Assembly: GCA_032128875.1 (NCBI GenBank)
Contig: JAVLKG010000005.1
Location: 448,001-512,000 of the forward strand
Reading direction: 5' to 3'
DNA length: 64,000 nucleotides
Origin: Candidatus Melainabacteria bacterium 17Bon1m
Lineage (GTDB): Bacteria; Cyanobacteriota; Vampirovibrionia; Obscuribacterales; Obscuribacteraceae
Shown here: piece by piece, positions 28,293 to 37,419 of the stretch
Layout of the letters: each line of letters starts with the position of its first letter
Numbering within the stretch: position 1 is the stretch's first letter
Program-made: the position numbers and the translations under genes
Notes under the pieces: generated by a model
What the model saw: only the letters and a program-made list of their open reading frames with translations
Database searches by the model: none
Told to the model about the DNA's origin: nothing

Positions 28293-29039
28293 ATGAACTC
28301 CACGTTAACTCGCTCCAATGCCGTCGAGGTACGCAGAAAGTCAACCGCCGTTGCTTTCTCGGCCGTAATCACGTTGTACAACGAAGAGGGCAATATTGAG
28401 CCTCTGACGCGCTCGCTAATCGCGTCTTTCCGCGAGCACATGAAGGATATTCCGTTTGAACTCGTGCTGGTTATTAACGGCTCTGAAGATAGAACCGGGC
28501 AGATAGCTCTGGAATTGGAGAAAGAGTTCAAGGAATTGACGTTGGTCATGGTCAAGAAAAATCGTGGCTATGGCGGTGGAACCCTGGCTGGTTTGATGAA
28601 TGCCAGCGGCGATGTGGTCGGCTTTCTTGACGGCGATCAGCAAGTGGCTGCAGAGGATGTGGCGCGCGTCTTTAAAGCTTGCATTGAGAGCGATTACGAT
28701 ATCGTCAAAATTCTTCGTGTGGTCCGTGGTGATGGACCATTGAGAGCTTTTCAGAGCCGGTGTTTCAATACTCTTTTCCGTTTGATGTTCGGCGGTACTA
28801 GCCTTGATGTGAATAGCAAGCCAAAGGTGTTGAAGCGAGCCGCTTTGGAAAGAATGAATTTAAGGTCGACGGACTGGTTCCTCGATGCCGAGGTAATGAT
28901 TGAAGCTGTACGGCTCAATCTCTCGGTGCTAGAGATTCCGGTAACTTGGCTGGAAAGAGAACACGGCAGTTCGAATATACGGCTTTCTAGTGCCGTAGAG
29001 TTTTTCAAAAACATGATTAGGTATAAGTATGGCGGATAA
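28293..29039 (+). CDS. GT2 glycosyltransferase (DPM1-like)
   Basis: LYNEEGNI, NGSEDRT, NRGYGG, DGDQQ, FLDAE. Confidence 0.88.
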   Translation: MNSTLTRSNAVEVRRKSTAVAFSAVITLYNEEGNIEPLTRSLIASFREHMKDIPFELVLVINGSEDRTGQIALELEKEFKELTLVMVKKNRGYGGGTLAGLMNASGDVVGFLDGDQQVAAEDVARVFKACIESDYDIVKILRVVRGDGPLRAFQSRCFNTLFRLMFGGTSLDVNSKPKVLKRAALERMNLRSTDWFLDAEVMIEAVRLNLSVLEIPVTWLEREHGSSNIRLSSAVEFFKNMIRYKYGG

Positions 29040-29904
29040 GGTATCAGGCGCTAAAGTTGTTATTCTCGCGGGCGGGCAAGGGCTGCGTATGCGCGAGGAA
29101 ACTGAGACCAGGCCTAAGCCGATGGTTGAGGTCGGTGGGCAACCGATCATGATGCATATCATGAGACAGTACGCCAGTTACGGCTACAAAGACTTCGTCA
29201 TCTGCCTTGGTTACCGCGGTGAAGTAATCAAAAAATATTTCCTCGATTATCACTTTTTGACTAGCGATTTTACAGTCAATCTTGGCTCCGGCGGCGGTGC
29301 CACCTTCCATGGTGACATAGAGGAAGCTGATTGGTCTGTTACTCTTGCTGACACAGGACTTTCTTCGGAAACGGGCAGCCGCTTCAAGCAGATTCAAAAG
29401 TACGTAAAAGGTGCTGATTTGATCATGCTTACCTATGGTGACGGATTGGCCAATGTAGATATTTCGAAGCTAGTTGAGTTTCACCGCTCGCACGGCAAGA
29501 TCGGCACTGTGACTGGAGTATTGCCGCCATCACCTTTTGGTGAAATGAAACTGTCCGGCAGTGCCGTTGAAGTTTTTGCGGAAAAACCAAATCATGCCGA
29601 CAAGTTCATCAATGGTGGATTCTTTGTTTTTGACCAGCGTATTTTTGACTATGTTAGCGATGCCACCGATTGCAGTCTGGAAAGAGATTGCTTGAAAAAT
29701 GTCGCAACGGATGGCGAATTGATGATGTTCCGTCATGAAGGCTTCTGGCAGTGTCTGGATACGCAGCGCGATCTGGTTCAATTCCAAAAGCTGCTCTCCA
29801 CAGGAAAAGCTCCCTGGCTCACCGAGCGTTCTGCTAAATCGCAATCACCGGTGCCGGCAACGATGTTCCAAAACAAACCAATCAACTTTGCGCCGCCTGC
29901 CTGA
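29029..29904 (+). CDS. rfbF: Glucose-1-phosphate cytidylyltransferase
   Basis: ILAGGQGLR..EET..PKPMVEVG, LTYGDG, INGGFFV, HEGFWQCLDT. Confidence 0.92.
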   Translation: MADKVSGAKVVILAGGQGLRMREETETRPKPMVEVGGQPIMMHIMRQYASYGYKDFVICLGYRGEVIKKYFLDYHFLTSDFTVNLGSGGGATFHGDIEEADWSVTLADTGLSSETGSRFKQIQKYVKGADLIMLTYGDGLANVDISKLVEFHRSHGKIGTVTGVLPPSPFGEMKLSGSAVEVFAEKPNHADKFINGGFFVFDQRIFDYVSDATDCSLERDCLKNVATDGELMMFRHEGFWQCLDTQRDLVQFQKLLSTGKAPWLTERSAKSQSPVPATMFQNKPINFAPPA

Positions 29905-29955
29905 TCGAAGGCAAAAGTCATCAGTGTCGTAATTGTCTAAGCTCAAACGGCAGCA

Positions 29956-30966
29956 TCAAGAGATGCTTGCCATGTCACTTTTACCTTTGACTAGTTCTTT
30001 GTACCAGCCGACAGTTTCTTGCAATCCGGCTTTGAAATCATATTGCGGTTTCCAGCCAAGCATTGCACTGATTTTGGTTGCATCGAGGAATTGTTCTTCT
30101 ATTTCTCGAGTGGCGGTACCTTGAATAATCGGCTTGAGATCTTCTCTGCCGGTTACCTCTAAGATTTTGTCTACACATTCGAGCACCGACATTGGTGCTT
30201 GATTGCTGATATTGAAAGCTTCTCCGTGCACCGAGGCGTCGTTCCACATGCGCTCGGCTAGAGTCAAATACGCGTTGACGGCGTCTTTAATGTACAAGTA
30301 GTCCCGCACAGGCTTGCCATTCGAGCGGATTGTGACTGGCTGCCCGCGCAACACGTGCGAAAGTGTGTCCGGAACGATGCGGCTCATGTTCAAATCGCCT
30401 GCGCCAAATAGATTGCCGCAACGCGTGGTGCAAACCGGCACTTTATAGGAAATGGCATAACTGCGCGCGATCAAATCAGCACAGCTCTTCGATACGTCAT
30501 AAGGAAAACGCCCCTGCATTGGTGCATCTTCGATATAGGGAAGCACTTCTTGGTCGCCATAGGCTTTGTCTGACGACGCCAGAATAATGCCGCGCAGCCG
30601 CCTGTCGTTCATGTCGGAAGTCTGCCCCAGCTGTCTTGCTGTTTCTAAGACGTTCCAGGTGCCTTCGATATTCGATTTGAAAGTATCGAGGGGGTTAGTG
30701 TTGGCGATGCCCACTATACTTTGCGCAGCAAGGTGAAAAATGAATTCGATATTGCGATCTTTGACAATCCGGAGCAGCAAATCAAGGTCTTCAACACTGC
30801 CTTCAATCAATTCAGCGTCCTTTTTGACGTCATGAATCATTGATTCAGGCTTGTATTGGCGGTCTAAGCCAATTACTTTGGCGCCCCTTTCCACCAATGT
30901 TTTACTCAACCAGCTTCCTAGAAAGCCGGCGCAGCCGGTGACGAGTACGGTTTTATCTTGAAACAT
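29956..30966 (-). CDS. CDP-glucose 4,6-dehydratase-like NAD-dependent dehydratase
   Basis: VLVTGCAGFLG, FHLAAQ, SSDKAYG, YDVSKSC, RCGNLFG. Adjacent to rfbF. Start set at ATG 30966. Confidence 0.8.
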   Translation of the reverse strand: MFQDKTVLVTGCAGFLGSWLSKTLVERGAKVIGLDRQYKPESMIHDVKKDAELIEGSVEDLDLLLRIVKDRNIEFIFHLAAQSIVGIANTNPLDTFKSNIEGTWNVLETARQLGQTSDMNDRRLRGIILASSDKAYGDQEVLPYIEDAPMQGRFPYDVSKSCADLIARSYAISYKVPVCTTRCGNLFGAGDLNMSRIVPDTLSHVLRGQPVTIRSNGKPVRDYLYIKDAVNAYLTLAERMWNDASVHGEAFNISNQAPMSVLECVDKILEVTGREDLKPIIQGTATREIEEQFLDATKISAMLGWKPQYDFKAGLQETVGWYKELVKGKSDMASIS

Positions 30967-31147
30967 TGTGAGAAGATGCCCGAGTGAAGGCGCTGAACGC
31001 CTCATTATAAAAGACACTTGTGCGACTTTCGAGATGCTAAGGCGAAAAAGGCGCTTCTCGGTTTTGTTATTTTTGCCTAATCAACCCGGTCGCCTTGCCC
31101 AGCGCGACTTTCCATGAGCGTGGAATTGTTCTTTCAATGTGTGCAAT

Positions 31148-31192
31148 CTGATATTTGAGTCAGGACTACAAATTGGCAAAGGACTATCATTG
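31148..31192 (+). promoter_or_regulatory. Putative promoter/operator element, copy 2, upstream of a GT4 gene
   Basis: CTGATATTTGAGTCAGGACTA-N4-TTGGC.AAGG..TATCATTG; matches 9015..9060. Confidence 0.55.
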
Positions 31193-31243
31193 AAATCACT
31201 TTTCTATCAACCCTCATTTACACCTTTGTTTTAGACGTTTCTT

Positions 31244-32788
31244 GTGCGCATTTGCCTGATTTCTCGCGAATATCCTCCTGATACTGGATTTGGTGGTATC
31301 GCTACTTTCACGCGCCACCTGGCGCAAGGATTGAAATCTATCGGCCACGACGTGGTGGTAGTGGCGCTTGCAAAGGAAGGCAAAGACGCTGAATTGCAGG
31401 ACGATCTGGGTATCCCGGTCCACAGAGTTGTACCGTTACCGATCGGTGCTGATTTAGGCTGGACGGCTTTTTGTATGCCATATAGCCGCTATGTAATGCG
31501 CACAAGTTCCGCACTGTATGCCAAATTCGATGAATTGAATGCGATGCAGCGATTTGACGCAGTTGATACACCCGAACTTCTTGCAGAAGGCTATTTCCCC
31601 GCAATCACCAAGTGCACTCCGCTTACTATCAGGCTTTACACACCGCACTCAAAATTTATTGCAGAAAAACTGCACAACGTAACCGATACATTTGACCATC
31701 AATATGTAGCGGCAGTTGAGAGAATCGCAATGCTTTCGGCTGACGTGATTACTTCACCCAGTCTCGATCTTGCTCAGTTTGTCGCCGGCGATCTCGGTAT
31801 TAAGGTCGAAGATATCGACATTGTCTACAATCCGATTGACGCCTCAGAATTCAGCCCCGACGGCGAATCCGCAGACATCGGTCCGAAGGGGCGTACGGTC
31901 TTATTCGTTGGCCGGCTTGAAGCTCGCAAGGGCATTCATTATCTTATCGATGCCATCCCGCAGGTCGTTGCCGCTGTACCCGACGCAAGATTTGTCATTA
32001 TCGGCGATGACACAGCCAATGCTCCCGGGCAAAAATCAGTCCTCACCGAGATAAAGGAGCGTCTGGAGAAGACCGGGTGCTCTGATTCAGTGACTTTTAT
32101 CAATCGGATTCCACTCGCCGATTTGCCCAAGCACTATAGAGCTGCAGCTGTATGCGTGGTTCCTTCTCTGTACGACAATTCTCCATACACCTGCCTGGAA
32201 GCGATGTCTTGCGGACGGGCCGTGATTGGTACCGACGGCGGTGGTACGAAGGAATATATTGTGCATGGTGAGTCGGGTCTGATCGTCCCTGTTAAGGATG
32301 CCGGAGCTCTCGCGTCGGGGATAATCAAGCTTTTGAGTGACGAGAAAGAGCGGGCTCGTATTGAGACAAATGCAAGAAGGCGAGTATTGGAAGTTTTTGA
32401 TCGCGCTGAAATTGCAAGGAAGACTGCGGAGCTATATAAAAAAGCCGCCCTGCGCTTCTCAGAAGTTCAGACAAGCGCCTACCAGGGCGCGCCGAGCGAT
32501 GTGCTGCTGGATGCTGACGAATTTCTCTATCAGCACGACAGAATGATCCGTGACCTCATTTTAGATAGTTCCATTCGAGCTTATTGGAGGGAAACTATGA
32601 AGACGGCCGCAGTACGCCCTCGACTGACATTGGTTCGGATGGCTCTGTCCATTCTCAAGGCAGCAGGAATGGGTTCCATGAAGTTTGTCAGGCGTTTGGA
32701 TTTACAGGTTCGAGAGAAAGAACGTGAACGGCTGCCTTTGCTTTCTCAAAGAAAGCCTCCGGCTGAACAGCAGAAAGTAGTTGTCTAA
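31244..32788 (+). CDS. GT4 glycosyltransferase, paralog of 18420..20009
   Basis: MRICLISREYPPDTGFGG, FVGRLEARKG, PSLYDNSPYTCLEAMSCG. Confidence 0.92.
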   Translation: MRICLISREYPPDTGFGGIATFTRHLAQGLKSIGHDVVVVALAKEGKDAELQDDLGIPVHRVVPLPIGADLGWTAFCMPYSRYVMRTSSALYAKFDELNAMQRFDAVDTPELLAEGYFPAITKCTPLTIRLYTPHSKFIAEKLHNVTDTFDHQYVAAVERIAMLSADVITSPSLDLAQFVAGDLGIKVEDIDIVYNPIDASEFSPDGESADIGPKGRTVLFVGRLEARKGIHYLIDAIPQVVAAVPDARFVIIGDDTANAPGQKSVLTEIKERLEKTGCSDSVTFINRIPLADLPKHYRAAAVCVVPSLYDNSPYTCLEAMSCGRAVIGTDGGGTKEYIVHGESGLIVPVKDAGALASGIIKLLSDEKERARIETNARRRVLEVFDRAEIARKTAELYKKAALRFSEVQTSAYQGAPSDVLLDADEFLYQHDRMIRDLILDSSIRAYWRETMKTAAVRPRLTLVRMALSILKAAGMGSMKFVRRLDLQVREKERERLPLLSQRKPPAEQQKVVV

Positions 32789-35637
32789 GCGTTATTTCGC
32801 AGCTTTAGCAAGTAAGCACCTGCAATGGCTGCAAGCGTGGCTGCCGCAATGGCTAGACCTGCATAAAATGCGAGAGGAATGTATTCAAAGCGAATTTGAT
32901 GTTCTCCCGCCGGGACCTTAACTGCTCGGAAATTGACATTGGCTCGGTACATCGGCACTTCATGTCCGTCTACATAGCTATGCCAGCCGTTGTAGAAGGT
33001 ATCAGTGAGGATCAAGAATGCCTCTCTATCGCATTTGGTTTTGACCAATACTGTTTGAGCATCTGGCCGCTCAATCAATGCCGGCTCGACTGAATCGCTG
33101 GGCGCTTGAAGCTGCAGTTCTTTTGCGGGCGCCTCGATGATGGTTTTGAGATGGGCGTCAAAACCGGAATCTTTCATTTTTTGAAAGGCATCATTGAGTG
33201 AGTCTGCTGCAACGACGTTTAACGCCAGATAAGCCTGCGGCAGTGCCTTGGTGTTTTTATAAAGCAAGATTCCTTCATTGTCTTCTTTGACGAACCGCAG
33301 GCGTGCGTAGCTCAGATCTTGGAAGTTATTGTCTTGAGGAGTAACTTTCAGGAGTTCAACACCATTGGCTCTGATTGGCATAGACGTTTTCAGCGGCAAC
33401 ATGCTCTCTGCCAGTGCACTGTATAGATTGAGCACCAGATAAATATTTCCTCTCCTCTGCTGAAATTCTGGTATCAAAATAGACAGCAGTTGAGTCGATT
33501 CTGATTCGCCCACTTTGCCGACTTCAGACCTGTCTCCGCGTGCAAGAATCTTTCCTGACTCATCCAAAACGTCAATTTCAGCGGCTAAATGAGCAGTATC
33601 TTTGGCTATCAATTCCCAGTCGAACTTGCAGAAAACTTCTCCGTTTGTCGAAAGGCAGTACTCGCCATTTTTCATAACTACTGGATCGAGTAAGTGCTGA
33701 GGCGCTCCATTGAGACAGGCAAATGGTTTGTAATTCAGCGGCTTGTCGGCAATCGAATTAATTGGCCAGCGCGTGATTAAGTATTGGACGCTGGCAGTGT
33801 CGTAAACAGTCGGCAGTGTAAAACCACGATTGGACCATTTTTCACTCCTGCTATCTGCAGTTTTTGCCCGGTTTAGTTTGTGCAGTGCTGCGATCGAGCG
33901 AGGGATAAGTGGTCCATGGATGCGAAAATCTCGCAAACCGTATGAAAGGGCGATATTAGGAAAAAAGACGAAGTGGCATGCGGCGCTCATGCGCTCGCCG
34001 CTCTTTCTGATTTCTTTAATAGCACCGGTGTCTCTATAACTGAACGGGAAGGTGGGTGGCAAAGCAGCTCGACTCGAGTCTCCAAGGCTGAGGAGGTTGG
34101 CGCCGAGTAGGCAGAAGGGTAAAAGAGCAATAGCACCTTTTGGTAACTTGGCAAAATATGCAATCGCTATTAGTGCAAGCGTAATTCCAATTGACACTGC
34201 ACCTTTCAGAGCTTCCGATTTCAATATTGCAGGAACCGGCAAAGTGCCGTCGTAGCCAGGCAGAGGCATATGAGAGTTGAGCAAGAGAAATGGGGCAAGG
34301 GCAAGAACAAGGGCGATTGCAGTAAGACAGATCAGCGCTTTTTTGCTTTTACTTTGAATTTGTTCGCTAATCGAATCGATGCCGTGCGCCGAAAGCAGAG
34401 TCAATACCATTAGAAGAGGTGCATGCAAATATCGCGGAGGAATAAGGCTGCAGACCTGTATTTTTTCCAGAGCCGAGGGCAGGCAGCACCAAACACCGAG
34501 AAAGAGGGCAATAGCGAGCAGCCCTAGATTTTTTCTATGGCCGAAGACGATTGCAAACACCGCCGTCAAAATTGCAATTACTCCGATAAAGACGCTGCCA
34601 CCGGTATTTACAGGTGTGATTAACCCGGCGATCAGTGTTAGTGCTGTGTTTTTTTGAATTGCAAATTCGTGAAACTTGTACGAGTCTGCATTGGCGACGA
34701 GTTCCATAAAAGGCAGCAGCAATGGAGCGCTCAAACAAATTCCGATTATTCCGGCTAGAAAAATATTTTTTCCGACCTGCTCTGGAGGTGCTGCTGGAGT
34801 GTGTTTTCGAGCGGCGAGCATGATTAGCAAAGAATTGAATGTCGCAAGAAAAAAGAATTCAGGGTGCATCGAGGCTATGGCGACTGCCGTCGATGCTCCC
34901 AGCAATGCCACTTTTATGAAGCTCTTGGAGTTGCCCAGGTATACGAAAGCTGATGCCAGAAGGGGAAACATTTGCACTTCATTTGGCAATTCCAGTTCGC
35001 GCAGAATAAACGGACTGAGCCCATAAGCAATAGCTCCGAAAGCAGCGGCGCCGCGCGAAAAGGAAAACAACCTGCAAAGCATAAACATCGATAACGCCGC
35101 AATCAGGCTTTTAATAGCGATGCCGAGATTGTAGAGATATGGATTGGCCGCTTGAAATATGCCTCTGAAAGGAGAAAACGTGCAATATTGCAATTCCCCT
35201 AGCGTTGGAAATCCGCAGCCGAAGCAAGGATTCCATAAGGGCAATCGAAGATTCGACATTTCCTTTTGTGCATACAGCTGGAAAGGTATGTGAAATTGAT
35301 ACAACGATGGGTCGAAGCGCGGTCGATGAAACGTGAAGCGCAACGTATTGTTGAAAAAGTAATCTTCCGACGCTAGAACAGGCAGTTTCGAAAGTTCTTT
35401 GCCTGTTACGACGGTGCGGCCGAAACAGCCAAAGAGTATGAATGCCGCAATGATGATGATAGTCGCCGTCTCAACGGACTTCGGGCGTTGGGTTTCCAAT
35501 TGAGTAGCTTGAGCCTTTCTGCGGAGATATTGTCGGCCGCACGATTCTACAGTTTGTGCCTGGAGTTGTTGCTCTTGGCAAGTGTCCCTCTCGAGATATG
35601 TATTCAGCCTACATGTAGGAAGTAAAAGTAAATTCAA
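32785..35637 (-). CDS. YfhO-family (GT-C) membrane glycosyltransferase (start uncertain)
   Basis: PLWNPCFGCGFP, many TMs, LILTDTFYNGWHSYVDG..ANVNFRAVKVPAGEHQI followed by a TM. Confidence 0.85.
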   Translation of the reverse strand: MNLLLLPTCRLNTYLERDTCQEQQLQAQTVESCGRQYLRRKAQATQLETQRPKSVETATIIIIAAFILFGCFGRTVVTGKELSKLPVLASEDYFFNNTLRFTFHRPRFDPSLYQFHIPFQLYAQKEMSNLRLPLWNPCFGCGFPTLGELQYCTFSPFRGIFQAANPYLYNLGIAIKSLIAALSMFMLCRLFSFSRGAAAFGAIAYGLSPFILRELELPNEVQMFPLLASAFVYLGNSKSFIKVALLGASTAVAIASMHPEFFFLATFNSLLIMLAARKHTPAAPPEQVGKNIFLAGIIGICLSAPLLLPFMELVANADSYKFHEFAIQKNTALTLIAGLITPVNTGGSVFIGVIAILTAVFAIVFGHRKNLGLLAIALFLGVWCCLPSALEKIQVCSLIPPRYLHAPLLMVLTLLSAHGIDSISEQIQSKSKKALICLTAIALVLALAPFLLLNSHMPLPGYDGTLPVPAILKSEALKGAVSIGITLALIAIAYFAKLPKGAIALLPFCLLGANLLSLGDSSRAALPPTFPFSYRDTGAIKEIRKSGERMSAACHFVFFPNIALSYGLRDFRIHGPLIPRSIAALHKLNRAKTADSRSEKWSNRGFTLPTVYDTASVQYLITRWPINSIADKPLNYKPFACLNGAPQHLLDPVVMKNGEYCLSTNGEVFCKFDWELIAKDTAHLAAEIDVLDESGKILARGDRSEVGKVGESESTQLLSILIPEFQQRRGNIYLVLNLYSALAESMLPLKTSMPIRANGVELLKVTPQDNNFQDLSYARLRFVKEDNEGILLYKNTKALPQAYLALNVVAADSLNDAFQKMKDSGFDAHLKTIIEAPAKELQLQAPSDSVEPALIERPDAQTVLVKTKCDREAFLILTDTFYNGWHSYVDGHEVPMYRANVNFRAVKVPAGEHQIRFEYIPLAFYAGLAIAAATLAAIAGAYLLKLRNNA

Positions 35638-35671
35638 TTACATCAGACTTCATAAACACGCCATTAAGCGT

Positions 35672-35688
35672 CATCAGTACTACTGATG
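35672..35688. promoter_or_regulatory. Palindromic putative operator in a divergent intergenic region
   Basis: CATCAGTA-C-TACTGATG, perfect 8-bp arms, ~47 bp upstream of the lipoprotein start. Confidence 0.4.
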
Positions 35689-35735
35689 CGTTACACTCGA
35701 CCCTTCGAGTTACGTGCTGAATCAGGAGACATCTG

Positions 35736-36347
35736 ATGAACTTTTCTAGCATCAAAACAGGCTTTCAGGTTATTTGCATCGCTGCAGTTGTAGCGTCTGT
35801 ATCTGGATGCACTACCAAAGATCAAAACACCGTGACCGGTGGCTATAAAGGTGTTATCAATCTCGACGGCATCAAATTTGGTCTTCCGGAAGACGCAATT
35901 AAGTCTGCGAGCCTCACGTTTGTTCCGGACAGCAACGTAAGTCAAAACGGGTATTCGCAATACCTGAGCCGCGCTTACGACAAGGACAATGGTCAATACT
36001 GCCTGTCCTATTCGAATGGTCAGCCTAGTCAGCTGCGTGTTATCTACAACAGCACACCGGCACCAAAAGAAAGCGCAATGGCTCGTTTGAAAATGATTTT
36101 GCCTTCAAGCGCTCCGGAAGAAACCAAAGTCAATGACGATGAAGTTAAAGCCGGGAAGAAAGAGAATCCAGTTGAATATCACTTCTACGGTGACAATCTG
36201 AAGGCTGAAGTAATTTTCGCCGACAAAGCAGCTACGACCGTAAAGCTCATCGGTGTTCACAACGTCGTCAAGAAAGGCGCTGCTGCCGCTGCTGATAAAG
36301 CAGCCGCCGATAAGACTGCCGCCGACGAAACAAAGAAAGCAGAGTAG
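35736..36347 (+). CDS. Hypothetical lipoprotein
   Basis: AGGAG RBS; signal peptide ending in VSG-C lipobox; Ala/Asp/Lys-rich tail; paralog at 47433..48053. Confidence 0.8.
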   Translation: MNFSSIKTGFQVICIAAVVASVSGCTTKDQNTVTGGYKGVINLDGIKFGLPEDAIKSASLTFVPDSNVSQNGYSQYLSRAYDKDNGQYCLSYSNGQPSQLRVIYNSTPAPKESAMARLKMILPSSAPEETKVNDDEVKAGKKENPVEYHFYGDNLKAEVIFADKAATTVKLIGVHNVVKKGAAAAADKAAADKTAADETKKAE

Positions 36348-36609
36348 CTGTCGCCACTCTGGACTATGGTCCACTCTTGTAGGTCCTGGTTATCCCTGAA
36401 TTTTTCTGGCTGCACTGGCCGGATGAACGAACGCACGCGCTAGTTTCTGAAATTTCGTAGACGGTGAAAAAAGCCGCGGATGCAGCAGAGGCAAAATGTC
36501 CAAGCCTTACCTGAAATCGTTCTACTTTACTACGGCGTGAGTCCTGTTATAGTCAGCTCGGACGAGATTTATCACCCGATTATTGGCGCCCAACAAAGAC
36601 TAACCAAAC

Positions 36610-37416
36610 ATGACGGATTACCTGACACGCCTTGAGCATGAAAGCGTATTCATAATACGCGAGGCTTATAAAAAAGTAAGGAACTTGGCCCTTCTGTGGT
36701 CGATGGGAAAAGATTCGACCGTTCTTCTGCACCTTGTGCGGAAGGCATTCCTGGGTCACGTTCCGATACCTCTGGTGCATATCGACACCAGCTACAAGAT
36801 TCCAGAAATGATCACGTGGCGCGATCAATACGTCAAAGATCACGGGCTGCGGCTTATCGTTGGACAGAACAAAGCTGCCCTAGCTGACGGAATGGGACCT
36901 GATAAAGGTCGTCTTGTTTGTTGCGGCGCTTTGAAGACTCAAGCTTTGCTCGACACGATCAAAGAGAACAACATCGGCGGACTTTTGCTCGGCATCAGGC
37001 GCGACGAAGAAGGCTCGCGCGCAAAAGAGCGCGTTGTTTCTCCGAGACCGGAGAACGGAACCTGGACGTATAAAGATCAGGTCGCCGAAATCTGGAATCA
37101 CTACAATTTGCATTTGCCGGAAGAAGTTCACATGCGTGTCCATCCGCTTTTGAGCTGGACCGAGCTTGATGTCTGGGAATACATCGAAAGAGAAAAATTG
37201 GACATCATGCCGTTGTATTTCAGCAATGCCGATGGGCAGCGCTATAGAAGCTTGGGCTGCTGGCCGTGCACGGGCACTATTGATTCGTGCGCATCGACTA
37301 TTGAATCGATCGTAGACGAAATTCGCACCACAAAAACTTCCGAGCGCGCCGGTCGTGCTCAAGACAACGCTGATACCTATGCAATGCAGAAATTGCGCAG
37401 TCAGGGATACATGTAA
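36610..37416 (+). CDS. cysD: Sulfate adenylyltransferase subunit 2
   Basis: LEHESVFIIRE, SMGKDS PP-loop, HIDT, RRDEEGSRAKER, RSLGC, terminal GYM. Confidence 0.93.
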   Translation: MTDYLTRLEHESVFIIREAYKKVRNLALLWSMGKDSTVLLHLVRKAFLGHVPIPLVHIDTSYKIPEMITWRDQYVKDHGLRLIVGQNKAALADGMGPDKGRLVCCGALKTQALLDTIKENNIGGLLLGIRRDEEGSRAKERVVSPRPENGTWTYKDQVAEIWNHYNLHLPEEVHMRVHPLLSWTELDVWEYIEREKLDIMPLYFSNADGQRYRSLGCWPCTGTIDSCASTIESIVDEIRTTKTSERAGRAQDNADTYAMQKLRSQGYM

Positions 37417-37419
37417 AAG

